A stretch of DNA of 64,000 nt from Myxococcales bacterium (GTDB taxonomy: Bacteria; Myxococcota_A; UBA9042): NCBI GenBank assembly GCA_037441385.1, contig JBBISH010000005.1, positions 32,001 to 96,000 on the forward strand, read 5' to 3'. The position numbers and the translations under genes were made by a program. The notes beneath the pieces were generated by a model, which was given only the letters and a program-made list of their open reading frames with translations, had not been told where the DNA came from and did not search any database. This document shows positions 8,433 through 19,207 of this stretch, piece after piece; positions within the stretch are counted from its first letter, which is position 1, and every line of letters begins with the position of its first letter.

Positions 8433-9167
8433 TCAGGCAGCAGCTGGCGGGCCACGGCGGTCGATGGCTTCTAGAGCCAAGTCGGGCGCCGTCCAGCCCT
8501 TGGCGATTTCGGCCTCGCTCGCCGCCAAGTAGGCGGGCATGACCGACAGGGCCGGCCCGGCTTCGCCTGCGCACGCCAGCAGCCAGCGCGCCTTGGGCTG
8601 GATGTTTGTGGCGCTCACCTGCAAACCTAGCTGATCCACAACCGTTTCGGGCCAAGCCCCCGCGGCGAGCGCGCCTTGGTGCGGGCGCAGCGCCACCCAC
8701 GCAGGCAGTTCCGTGTCGGCGACCACGGCATGCTCGGCCACGGCCGCGCCGGTGCCGCAGCCGACGTACCACCAGCCGCGCCGCGCCGGCACCAGCGAAA
8801 AGACCCGCGCCGACGGTTGGTCCGTGCTGGCCTCCGCGGCCAGCGCCGCCAGCGACGTGACCGAGGCCAGCGGAAGTTGACTGGCCCAAGCCAGCGCCCG
8901 CACCGTGGCCAACCCCATGCGAAGACTGGTAAACGACCCTGGCCCGCTGTCGACCACCACGCCAGAGAGAGCCGAGATCGCGGTTTCGGCCTGCGTCAGC
9001 AGCAGCTCGATGGCCCCCAGCAGGTCGCGGGCATGGCCGCGCGGTGCCTGCAGTTCCACCTCGCGACCGCCCACGCCGTTCCGCGGACCCACGTACACGC
9101 TCCAGAGCGGCCCAGAAGTGGTCACGGCCAGCCAGAGATCCTTGTTGACTTGCTTTGGTGGATTCAT
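8433..9167 (-). CDS. tsaB: tRNA threonylcarbamoyladenosine biosynthesis protein TsaB
   Basis: GPGSFTSLRMGLATVRALA and ARRG motifs; lies downstream of rseP. Confidence 0.9.
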   Translation of the reverse strand: MNPPKQVNKDLWLAVTTSGPLWSVYVGPRNGVGGREVELQAPRGHARDLLGAIELLLTQAETAISALSGVVVDSGPGSFTSLRMGLATVRALAWASQLPLASVTSLAALAAEASTDQPSARVFSLVPARRGWWYVGCGTGAAVAEHAVVADTELPAWVALRPHQGALAAGAWPETVVDQLGLQVSATNIQPKARWLLACAGEAGPALSVMPAYLAASEAEIAKGWTAPDLALEAIDRRGPPAAA

Positions 9168-9170
9168 GGC

Positions 9171-11036
9171 TTACTGCATCAAGACGCGTTGGAGATCGTT
9201 CTTCATCACCACCAAGAACAAGATCCCCAGGAAGGTGAGCCCGGCGTAGGCCGCCAGTTGGCGGGTCCGCAGCGACGCCGGCCGGCGGCGCACGCCCTCG
9301 ATCGCCAGGAACAGCAGGTGACCGCCGTCGACTAGCGGAATCGGCAGCAGGTTCAAAATGCCCAGGTTGATGCTGAGCCAGGCGATCAACCGCAACACCG
9401 CTTCGGCGCCGTGATCGGCTGCTTCGCTGGTCATTTGGGCCATGCGCACCACTCCGCCGACCTCTTTGACCGGCACGTTGCCGCGGAACAGCTCGCGCAC
9501 CGTGACCAAGATGACCGTGGCGCCCCGCAGGAACTCCTCGCCGGCCACCTGCATGGCGTGGCGAACCGGACGCGGGTTGCTGACCATCTCGGGTGTGTTG
9601 CGGTCGACCAGGCTCGCCAAGTCCAGCGCCAAATCGGGGCGATCGTTCTTGTCGAGCTGGACCTTGAGCTGCCACTGCGCTGGCCTATCCCACCAGCCGC
9701 GCTCGACCCACATCCGCGCGCTGGGTTGACCCACGAGCCACTTCTCGGTCACGCTGACCGGCTTGGTAGTGCCCAGGACCAGCGCAAGCAGCCGAGTTCG
9801 CTCTACTTCTCGCACCTGGTGGCGCACCAGCAGGGTGTGCGGCACCGCGGCCGCCTGCAGGTGGCTCTGCCGCTGGTCCGGCGACCAGCCCTTGTAGTCC
9901 GGCGAAACCAGCACCGCCTCCAAGGGTCTTTTCTGCCGCTCGATGGCGTCCTCCAGGCTGCCGATGTCGGCGCCGTCCAACTGCAGCAACTCGTCGCCCG
10001 GCTGCAGGCCCACGTGCGTGTCTTCTTGGCTACCTTGAACGATGGGGCCCACCAAGCGATAGCCCGGCCGAAGCCCCAGCTTTGGGGCACTGAACGGCTC
10101 GGGCAAGGTCGCGAAGTTTGCCGTCTTCTCGGCGCCCTTGTGGGCGCTGCGGAACGATTCACGCCATTGGCTCCGCGGCACGGCGCCTTGCAGGGCCAAA
10201 GGCGTGTAGCCAATGGCGAGGTCGCGACCAGGCCCTGCGTTGGCGATGCGCCGCTCCAGCTCGCTCCAGCTCTGCACGGGCTCGCCGTTCACGCTGCGGA
10301 TGCGGTCGCCCGAGCGGATGCCGATCCGATAGGCAAGCGAGTCTTGCTCGACGGCCACGGTGGGCACCATCTCGCCGGGATACAACAGGATCCGGCCCAC
10401 GCGCTCGACCAAACCCACCTCGGCGGCGGCGGCATTGACCACCTCGCGTGGCGTCACGGTACGGGTCTCGACCTTGCCCGCCCGCTCGAACACGACGGGC
10501 GTGGGTTGACCGGCGTGCTTGCTGACTTCGCGCACCAAGTCGTCAAAGCTCTCTACCGGGACTCCACCAAAACTCTGAATACGGTCGCCGGCTTGCAGAC
10601 CGATCTCTGCCGCTGGCCCGCCGGGCACCACGGTCCCGACCCGTGTCGACACCAACTCGTTCTCGTACACGAGCGCGCTACCGAACAAGACGAGCAGCGG
10701 CAACACGAAATTGAACAGCGGCCCGGCGGCGATGATCAGCGAGCGCCGCCACACCGGCTTGTTCTGGAACGCCATGGGATCACGGGCCACTTCCTCGTCG
10801 ATCGGCGCCATCGGGTCGTCGCCCAGCATCCGGACGAAGCCGCCCAAGGGGAGCCAGCGAATGGCATATTCGGTATCGCCGCGCCGCCAGGCCACGAGCG
10901 TGGGGCCAAAGCCGATCGAAAAGGCCAGCACCTTGACGCCCATCCAGCGCGCCACGATGAAGTGCCCGAACTCGTGAAACACCACGAGCAAGCCGAACAC
11001 CAAGATCATGAGGGCTGGCTTGGCAAAAAAATCCAT
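9171..11036 (-). CDS. rseP: RIP metalloprotease RseP with multiple PDZ domains
   Basis: HEFGH, FSIGFG, PLGGFVRM, AGPLFNF and NLLPIPLVDGGH motifs; GGAG SD before ATG 11036. Confidence 0.93.
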   Translation of the reverse strand: MDFFAKPALMILVFGLLVVFHEFGHFIVARWMGVKVLAFSIGFGPTLVAWRRGDTEYAIRWLPLGGFVRMLGDDPMAPIDEEVARDPMAFQNKPVWRRSLIIAAGPLFNFVLPLLVLFGSALVYENELVSTRVGTVVPGGPAAEIGLQAGDRIQSFGGVPVESFDDLVREVSKHAGQPTPVVFERAGKVETRTVTPREVVNAAAAEVGLVERVGRILLYPGEMVPTVAVEQDSLAYRIGIRSGDRIRSVNGEPVQSWSELERRIANAGPGRDLAIGYTPLALQGAVPRSQWRESFRSAHKGAEKTANFATLPEPFSAPKLGLRPGYRLVGPIVQGSQEDTHVGLQPGDELLQLDGADIGSLEDAIERQKRPLEAVLVSPDYKGWSPDQRQSHLQAAAVPHTLLVRHQVREVERTRLLALVLGTTKPVSVTEKWLVGQPSARMWVERGWWDRPAQWQLKVQLDKNDRPDLALDLASLVDRNTPEMVSNPRPVRHAMQVAGEEFLRGATVILVTVRELFRGNVPVKEVGGVVRMAQMTSEAADHGAEAVLRLIAWLSINLGILNLLPIPLVDGGHLLFLAIEGVRRRPASLRTRQLAAYAGLTFLGILFLVVMKNDLQRVLMQ

Positions 11037-11278
11037 GTATCTCCGTACATTGCCCGGCGTCTGCGGAGGGACGCGCCGGGAGAGGGATGGGTGCCGACCC
11101 GCGCCGTGCGCCGACCCCCGTTGCAGTTTGAGCGACGCCCGGCACTGACGCAAGCGCCAAGCCGCGCTGGGGCAACGTAATCCGCGGTGGCCGTTGCGCA
11201 AGTCGGGTCTCAGGCGTACCCTTTGACGGTTGCGGCCGCCGCTTGGCGAGCCAAGAGCACAGGGAGAAACGGGCCAGC

Positions 11279-13117
11279 ATGTCGATGAAACTCTTGAATA
11301 GGTCGAGTCGCCAACCCTTGCGGACGCCGCTGCGCTCGGCGATCGTGCTGCTGCTTGCGGCCAGCGGATGCGCCGACGCGATCCCCGAGGCCAACCAGGA
11401 CCAAGGTGGCATCGGCCTTTGGTTTGCGGCCCTGGCCGACGGCACGTGCAGCGCGACCACCAACGGCACCAAGCAAGTGCCGGCCGGCGTAGAGACGCTG
11501 GTGGCGCAATGGACCGCCCTTGTCCAAGAGAACGGCGGCGTGGTCAAGAAGACCGGCACCGCCAAGGCCACCAAAGCCCAAGCGGCCGACTCTCGCTGGG
11601 AGATCAAGAACATCCCGGCGACGGATAACCTCCAGATCGACATCTACGGCTGCGGCGCGGACAAGAAGCTCGCCTATGCCGGGCGGACCGACGGCGTGCA
11701 AATCCAGTCGGGCAAGAAGCAGACCGCGCATGTCTTTATGGCGCCGGTGGGCGATTTGGGGTGCGCCGGCAGCCCGCTGGGGGCCGCCAAGCTGGTCGCG
11801 CCGCGCTCGATGGCGGGCTGGGCGGTGTTGCCGACCGGCGACGTGGTGGTGGCCGGCGGTATGGGCACCTGGGACAAGGATCAGGCCGAAGGGGCCGGCT
11901 CGAACGCCCTGGACTACTATGACCAGCGCGCCGGCCACTTCAAGCCGGGCTGGAATGCGCACTTGGGTGTGGCCCGCATTCAGCCGCATGTGCTGCCTTT
12001 GGGCGCCGACAGCAGCCACGTGCTGGTCGTGGGCGGCTGGCTCAAAGCCAAGCGCTTGAGCGGTGATGCTCAGCTGGCGATGCCGCTGCTGGGGCCACCG
12101 TCGCTCAAAGAAGCGCTGCCCGCCACCAAGGCCGAGCTGGTCACCGTCACCGACCCGCCCTCGTCGACGGCGAGCCCGGTCGATCCGGGTGTCGGCACGG
12201 CGGTGCTGTCGTCGTCCGTGTCGACCGGCAAGTCGATCCTTTTCGTGGGCGGCCAGCAGCAAGGTGGCCAAATCATGGATGTTGCCACGCGGCTCCGCGA
12301 CTTGCCTGGGGTGGCGAAGGGAGGCGCAGGCATCACAGAGAGCAACATCAAGCTCAACGTCCCGCGGCTCAAGCCGGCGCTGATGACGTTCCCAGGGGAC
12401 GAAACCGTCCTTGTTTGGGGCGGTATGGCCCCGGCCGGCACAACCGGCGGCAACGTCAACATGGGCGAGTTGGTGTTGGACACCAACCAGGCCCAGCTCT
12501 TGAAGCTTGCGGGGAACGCCGCGCTGATCGCCGACCCGAACCTGAACACGATCGCCCCCAGCGCGACCTACCTGAACCGTGCGGCGGGCGTGGTCACGTT
12601 CCTGGTGGCGGGCGGCGTGCAAAAGTCCAGCCTTAGCGCGGACAAAGCGCTGACGTACCTGGTCCGCGTGGACAAGGCGGCGGGTACGGCCGAGCTGCGG
12701 CCTTTCAACATCGCGGGCGGGACGGCGGTGCGCGCTGGCCTATTTGGCATGGCCGTGCCCCTGGACGGCCGCCGCGTGCTGGTGGGGGGCGGGTTGATGT
12801 CGGTGACCGGTGCCGTCCCGGGCGTCTGCGATACTTTGGGCGCGGGCGAAGACTGCGCGCTGGGATCGACTTGGGTGGTGCGCGCGCCCGCGGACCTGCC
12901 CGCTGGCGACGGCGCAGTCGACCTGGAAGTGCTGGCCACCCAGGCGCTTGCCACGGCTCGCTTTGGTATGGTGGGCGCGCCCCTGCCGTTGGGCGTGCTG
13001 CTGGCTGCCGGCCAGAAGACCACCACGGGTGCCAGCGATGCCGCGACCCTGTCCGACGTGGGCGCCGTGCTCACCGTGGTGCCGCCGGATCTGGACGCGA
13101 CCGCAATTTGCAAGTAG
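11279..13117 (+). CDS. Lipoprotein with Kelch-like beta-propeller repeats
   Basis: Lipobox LAASG|C; repeated blades PRSMAGWAVLPTGDVVVAGG, ARIQPHVLPL..VLVVGG, PRLKPALM..VLVWGG, LDGRRVLVGGG. Confidence 0.7.
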   Translation: MSMKLLNRSSRQPLRTPLRSAIVLLLAASGCADAIPEANQDQGGIGLWFAALADGTCSATTNGTKQVPAGVETLVAQWTALVQENGGVVKKTGTAKATKAQAADSRWEIKNIPATDNLQIDIYGCGADKKLAYAGRTDGVQIQSGKKQTAHVFMAPVGDLGCAGSPLGAAKLVAPRSMAGWAVLPTGDVVVAGGMGTWDKDQAEGAGSNALDYYDQRAGHFKPGWNAHLGVARIQPHVLPLGADSSHVLVVGGWLKAKRLSGDAQLAMPLLGPPSLKEALPATKAELVTVTDPPSSTASPVDPGVGTAVLSSSVSTGKSILFVGGQQQGGQIMDVATRLRDLPGVAKGGAGITESNIKLNVPRLKPALMTFPGDETVLVWGGMAPAGTTGGNVNMGELVLDTNQAQLLKLAGNAALIADPNLNTIAPSATYLNRAAGVVTFLVAGGVQKSSLSADKALTYLVRVDKAAGTAELRPFNIAGGTAVRAGLFGMAVPLDGRRVLVGGGLMSVTGAVPGVCDTLGAGEDCALGSTWVVRAPADLPAGDGAVDLEVLATQALATARFGMVGAPLPLGVLLAAGQKTTTGASDAATLSDVGAVLTVVPPDLDATAICK

Positions 13118-13141
13118 TGCGGCACCGGGCGAAGTTGGAAC

Positions 13142-14080
13142 ATGCGAATTTCAGTCGAAAAGACGGCGCTTCTCCGCCAGCGCCAGGGCGGTGCTCGCCA
13201 GCGCCTGCCCGAGTGGCTGCGCGCCCCACTTCCAGGCGGCGAGCGCTATGCCGGCATCAAGGCGCGCTTGCGCGACCGAGGCCTGCACACCGTTTGCGAA
13301 GAGGCGCAGTGCCCCAACATCGGCGAGTGCTGGAACGAGGGCACCGCGACCATGATGCTCATGGGCGACACCTGTACCCGCACGTGCCGCTTTTGTGCCA
13401 TCAAATCCAGTCCGCGGCCGGCCTCGCTGGACCCGCGCGAGCCCCAGCAGGCCGCCGAGCAAGTCGCGCTGATGGGGCTGGACTACGTTGTGCTGACCAG
13501 CGTGAACCGCGACGACCTGCCCGATGGGGGCGCCGAGCATTTTGCCCAGACCGTGCGCGCCATTGCGGCCCGTTCGCCGGCGACGCTCATCGAAGTGCTC
13601 ACCCCCGACTTTGAAGGCCACCTGGACGACGTCGCGACCGTGGTTCGCGCTGGGCCCCATGTGTTCGCCCACAATGTCGAGGTCGTACAGGAACTGCAGG
13701 GGCTCATCCGCGACCGCCGCGCCACTTGGCGGCAGAGCCTGGCTGTGCTGGCGCACGCCAAGCAGGTTCGCCCGGACGTGGTGACCAAGACCTCGATCAT
13801 GTTGGGGATTGGCGAGGAAGCCGAGCAAGTGGAGGCGGCCCTGGTCGCGCTGCGCGCGCACGCGGTCGACGCCGTGACCTTTGGCCAGTACTTGCGGCCA
13901 AGTCCGTGGCACGCCGAGGTGCGCCGCTTTGTCGAGCCCAGCGAGTTTGATCACTGGCGGCAGCGGGCGAGCGACCTTGGCTTTGCCTATTGCGCCTCGG
14001 GGCCCCTGGTGCGGTCGAGCTATCGCGCGGGCGAGCACTACTTGCGTTCGGTGGTCGCTCAACGGGCTGACGGCGACTAG
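13142..14080 (+). CDS. lipA: Lipoyl synthase
   Basis: CEEAQCPNIGEC, CTRTCRFC and PLVRSSY motifs. Confidence 0.97.
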   Translation: MRISVEKTALLRQRQGGARQRLPEWLRAPLPGGERYAGIKARLRDRGLHTVCEEAQCPNIGECWNEGTATMMLMGDTCTRTCRFCAIKSSPRPASLDPREPQQAAEQVALMGLDYVVLTSVNRDDLPDGGAEHFAQTVRAIAARSPATLIEVLTPDFEGHLDDVATVVRAGPHVFAHNVEVVQELQGLIRDRRATWRQSLAVLAHAKQVRPDVVTKTSIMLGIGEEAEQVEAALVALRAHAVDAVTFGQYLRPSPWHAEVRRFVEPSEFDHWRQRASDLGFAYCASGPLVRSSYRAGEHYLRSVVAQRADGD

Positions 14081-14136
14081 CGCACCGATCAGAAACCCGA
14101 ACCTGCGGACCAACGTCGCGGCGGGTCGCGCTGGCG

Positions 14137-14180
14137 CCCGCTTGCGACCCACTGAGCATCAACGAGTTTTCGCAAGCGGG
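14137..14180. terminator. Inverted repeat between convergent lipA and SRAP genes (possible terminator)
   Basis: CCCGCTTGCGA (14137-14147) pairs with TCGCAAGCGGG (14170-14180). Confidence 0.45.
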
Positions 14181-14229
14181 TCGCTCCGTTGCTCTGAACC
14201 TTAAGAATTTGTGGTTGCTGTTCTAACAG

Positions 14230-14934
14230 CTATAGAAGCCGAATTTCTTTGACCTCTGGGTCCGGCTGCAGGCATTCGGGCCCTTCGTGCCGCGCGTCAT
14301 TGACGTAGCGCGCCAGCCGGGTCGACTCAAAGAAGTCTGGCAACGGGCGCAGAAATTCCTGGAGATCACTGGCCGCCAGCGGCCCGGACTGCAGCCAGCG
14401 CGACCACGCTTGCTCCGGTAACACCACCGGCATGCGATCGTGAATTTGCGCAATCGGCTCGGCCGCGGCGCAGGTCAGCAGGCACGTGGTCCAAAGCGGC
14501 GGCGGCGGCTCCGCGTGCTCGCCCGGCGGCGTCCAGCGCTCGTACAAGGCCGCGACGGCAAAAGGCTCGCCAGTAGGTCGTCGAAAGTAATAGGGAACTT
14601 TGACCCGACCCTCGGTCGCCCACTCGAAGAAACCGTCCATCAGCAGCAGGCCCCGGCGGCGCTGCAAGGCCTCGCGAAAGGCCGGCTTCTCGGCCGCCGT
14701 CTCCGAGCGACCATTGGCCAACCGTGCGCCGATGCTGGGGTCTTTCGCCCAGCGCGGCACCAGACCCCACTGCATCACGGCGGCGCGGCGCGGCCCCGGC
14801 ACACTGGGCACCACCAGCACCGGCGATTGCGGCGCCACGTTGAAGCGATCGCCCAGGTCGGCCGGCAGCTCGGACAACTCGAATGCGCGCGCCAGCTCCT
14901 CGGGAGAGGTCTTTTGGGTAAAGCGACCACACAT
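14230..14934 (-). CDS. SOS response-associated peptidase (SRAP/YedK/HMCES family)
   Basis: N-terminal MCGRF, RFNVAP, WGLVPRWAK, NGRSET, GFFEW and IHDRMPV motifs. Confidence 0.95.
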   Translation of the reverse strand: MCGRFTQKTSPEELARAFELSELPADLGDRFNVAPQSPVLVVPSVPGPRRAAVMQWGLVPRWAKDPSIGARLANGRSETAAEKPAFREALQRRRGLLLMDGFFEWATEGRVKVPYYFRRPTGEPFAVAALYERWTPPGEHAEPPPPLWTTCLLTCAAAEPIAQIHDRMPVVLPEQAWSRWLQSGPLAASDLQEFLRPLPDFFESTRLARYVNDARHEGPECLQPDPEVKEIRLL

Positions 14935-15681
14935 CTAGGCGTGCCCGTCGTGGTTTCGGTTCACGACCCGCCACGCGCCACTCTCAAGGCGCTGGTGCGG
15001 CAAGTAGCCGGCCTTGTAGCGCATGGCCCGGCTCTCATCGATCACAAAGCCCAGGTACAGGTAGGGCAAGTGCCACTGGCGGCACAACTCAAGATGGACC
15101 ATCACGGAGAACACGCCGATCGAGAGGCCAGGCACATCGGGCTGGTAGTGGCAATAGACGGCGGACAGCGCGTCGTCGGCACGGTCAAAGATGGCCACAC
15201 CGACCAGCTGTTCACCCAAGTAGTAGCTGAGCTCCCAGGTGTCGGCGCACGACTCGACCAAGAAGGAGGAGTACTCCAGCTCGCCGATCGGGTCATCGCC
15301 GTGGTCCAGTCCGCGCAGACTGCGGTGGCGGTTGTACAAAGCAACCCGTTCGGCGTCGGCCTGGGGGCGCTGCAGCACCACCCGCAACCGGTTGCGGCCA
15401 CTGCGAAAAGCCCGCATTTGGGCGCTGCTCGGCTCGAACTTGGCCACCTCGATGCGGATCGGCGTGCAAGCGCGGCAATCTTGGCAGGCCGGCCGATACA
15501 ACAGCACGCCCTGCCGGCGATCGCCTTGGGCCAGGAGTTCGGCAAACTCGGCCGAGGCTACCCGCCGCACGGGCAGGCGCATGGGAAGGGTCGCCTCGCG
15601 GCCCGGCAAGTAAGGGCACGGATGGGGCGAAGCGTCGACCACCACTTGGGGCGGGCCGTCAAATGGGGTGCCAATGTCCAC
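14935..15681 (-). CDS. Arginyl-tRNA-protein transferase family protein (Ate/Bpt)
   Basis: HPCPYLPGR, GDRRQG..LYRPACQDCRACTPIRI, LSAVYCHY, SIGVFSVM, YLYLGF and MRYKAGY motifs; GTG start placed 4 nt after the kinase stop. Confidence 0.9.
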   Translation of the reverse strand: MDIGTPFDGPPQVVVDASPHPCPYLPGREATLPMRLPVRRVASAEFAELLAQGDRRQGVLLYRPACQDCRACTPIRIEVAKFEPSSAQMRAFRSGRNRLRVVLQRPQADAERVALYNRHRSLRGLDHGDDPIGELEYSSFLVESCADTWELSYYLGEQLVGVAIFDRADDALSAVYCHYQPDVPGLSIGVFSVMVHLELCRQWHLPYLYLGFVIDESRAMRYKAGYLPHQRLESGAWRVVNRNHDGHA

Positions 15682-15685
15682 GCGG

Positions 15686-17122
<1,437 letters not shown>

Positions 17123-17149
17123 GCGCTCCCTCGCGTGGACGGGCTTATG

Positions 17150-18019
17150 TTACGAGGTTCTGTGGTCCTTGCCCAGGGCGGCCGCCGTCAAAGTGCGCGG
17201 GGTATGGTCTTGCAGACCCATCGCGAGGGCCGCCCATTGGGCATTGTCGAGCTCCTCGGCCCGCGCAGTGGGGCTGAGGCCAAGCGAATGCAACCCGTCG
17301 CGCACCGGCGCCGCCGGCCAGCCTGCCGTGGTCAAAGCGTTGACCAGGGTCTTGCGCCGCAGGGCAAAGCCGTCGCCAATGAGTTGCGACGCGATGGACC
17401 ACTCTGGCAGGGGCCATGGGCTCGGCCGCGGCCGCAGGACCACCACCGCGCTGTCCACGTTGGGCGGGGGCTGGAACGCGCCGCGACCGACCCGAAACGC
17501 CAGCTCGACCTCGGCGCGCAGTTGCAGTTTGACCGAGACTTGACCGCGATCGCCTCCGCGCGGCCCGGCCGCCATGCGCTCGGCCACCTCGCGCTGCACC
17601 ATGACCACCACTCGCTCGGGCTGCCGCGGGCTGTCGAGCAGGGCAAACACGATCGGCATGGCCGCGTAGTAGGGCAAGTTGCCGACCACGCTGGGTTGTG
17701 CGCCCAACTTGCCCAGCAACCCAGGCCAATCGACCGCCGCCGCATCGCCCATGTGCAGGGCAAACCGATCGCCAAAGCGCTGACGCAGCACTTCGGGCGT
17801 GCGCTGATCCACCTCGATGAGCAGCAGCGGGGGCGGCGGCTGGCGGCGATCCATGGCCGCAATCAGGTGTTCCGTCAGGTTGCCCGTACCGGGTCCGATC
17901 TCGACCACGCCGGTCGTGGCCGCGGTCATCGCCAAGTCGGCAATGCGCGCCAGCACGCGCTGATCGTGCAGGAAGTGCTGACCCAGGGACTTCTTGGGCG
18001 CGAGCGCCGGGTGGACCAT
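17150..18019 (-). CDS. rsmA: 16S rRNA dimethyltransferase RsmA/KsgA
   Basis: PKKSLGQHFL, VEIGPGTG, VGNLPY, MVQREVAER and F.PPPNVDSAV motifs. Confidence 0.95.
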   Translation of the reverse strand: MVHPALAPKKSLGQHFLHDQRVLARIADLAMTAATTGVVEIGPGTGNLTEHLIAAMDRRQPPPPLLLIEVDQRTPEVLRQRFGDRFALHMGDAAAVDWPGLLGKLGAQPSVVGNLPYYAAMPIVFALLDSPRQPERVVVMVQREVAERMAAGPRGGDRGQVSVKLQLRAEVELAFRVGRGAFQPPPNVDSAVVVLRPRPSPWPLPEWSIASQLIGDGFALRRKTLVNALTTAGWPAAPVRDGLHSLGLSPTARAEELDNAQWAALAMGLQDHTPRTLTAAALGKDHRTS

Positions 18020-18074
18020 GCGGGCCTCGTTCTTGCTGGCCTGGGACCGTCGGGCGCGATCCGCTGGACCACGT

Positions 18075-19178
18075 TCAGGCGGCGCCGGCGGCCAATCGGC
18101 GCACTTCGCCTGTGGCCAGGGCGTCGAGTTTGCGCGGATCGTCGCGCAAACCCAACTGCAGCAGGGACTCGCCCAACCCGGCGACCATCGCCCCGTTGTC
18201 TGTGCAATAGGCCGGGGGGACGGGCCAAAATCGCACGCGCTGGCGTTGGCACGCCGCCGCGAGCGCCTGTCGCAACGCCGAATTGGCCGCGACGCCGCCC
18301 GCAAGCACCAGATCGCGCAGGCCATGCCGTTGGGTATTGGCCAACGTGACTCGCACCAGCTGCTCTAGGATGGCCGCCTGGAACGCCGCGCACAGGTCGC
18401 GGGTCGCTTGCTCGCGCTCGGGCGCCGGCAGCCCGGCCGGTAGCTCGGCCAGGGCCAGGCGTGCCGCGGTCTTGAGACCCGAAAACGAGTAGGCCCCGTC
18501 GTCGCGCCCGAGCATGCCGCGAGGCAAACGGAAACGCGCCGGATTTCCCAACGCGGCCGCACGCTCGACGTTTGGACCGCCCGGATAGGGGATGTCCAGG
18601 AGTTTGGCCAGTTTGTCGAAGGCCTCGCCGGCAGCGTCATCCAGGCTGCGTCCCAGCAGCTCGAATCGGTCGGGGCCACGCACGGCGTAGAGGCTGGTAT
18701 GGCCGCCCGAAACCGCCAGCGCCGCGAAGGGCAGCCGCGGCACCGGCCAGCGGTCGGTCGTGTCCAGTGGAGGTCGCAGAAAAGTGGCCCAAACATGGGC
18801 ATGGATGTGGTCCACGCCGATCAGCGGCTTGTTCCAGGTCCAAGCCAGCGCCTTGGCCGTTTGGACGCCCACCAGCAGCGCCCCGATTAGCCCGGGGCGG
18901 TTGGTCACGGCGATGCCGGTGAGTTGCTGGGGCTGCAGCGCGGCGTCGGTCAGCACGGCTTGGATCGTCGGCAGCACGGTCAGCAGGTGATTGCGGGCCG
19001 CGACTTCGGGCACCACCCCGCCAAACCGCTGATGGATGGGCACCTGGCTCGCCACCCGGTGGGCCAACACCACGCCACCGTGAACCACGGCTGCGGCCGT
19101 CTCGTCGCACGACGTCTCGAGCCCAAGGACCGGGCCAAGCGTGAAACCAACGGAAATAGCAGAAGTGTCGGCTGCCAA
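18075..19178 (-). CDS. tsaD: tRNA N6-adenosine threonylcarbamoyltransferase TsaD (start uncertain)
   Basis: LGLETSCDET, GGVVPEVAARNH, HIHAH, VSGGHT, DDAAGEAFDK, FSGLKT and CTDNGAM motifs. Confidence 0.95.
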   Translation of the reverse strand: MAADTSAISVGFTLGPVLGLETSCDETAAAVVHGGVVLAHRVASQVPIHQRFGGVVPEVAARNHLLTVLPTIQAVLTDAALQPQQLTGIAVTNRPGLIGALLVGVQTAKALAWTWNKPLIGVDHIHAHVWATFLRPPLDTTDRWPVPRLPFAALAVSGGHTSLYAVRGPDRFELLGRSLDDAAGEAFDKLAKLLDIPYPGGPNVERAAALGNPARFRLPRGMLGRDDGAYSFSGLKTAARLALAELPAGLPAPEREQATRDLCAAFQAAILEQLVRVTLANTQRHGLRDLVLAGGVAANSALRQALAAACQRQRVRFWPVPPAYCTDNGAMVAGLGESLLQLGLRDDPRKLDALATGEVRRLAAGAA

Positions 19179-19207
19179 AGTCGCCCCAGAGATCGGCGAA
19201 GTCGCCG

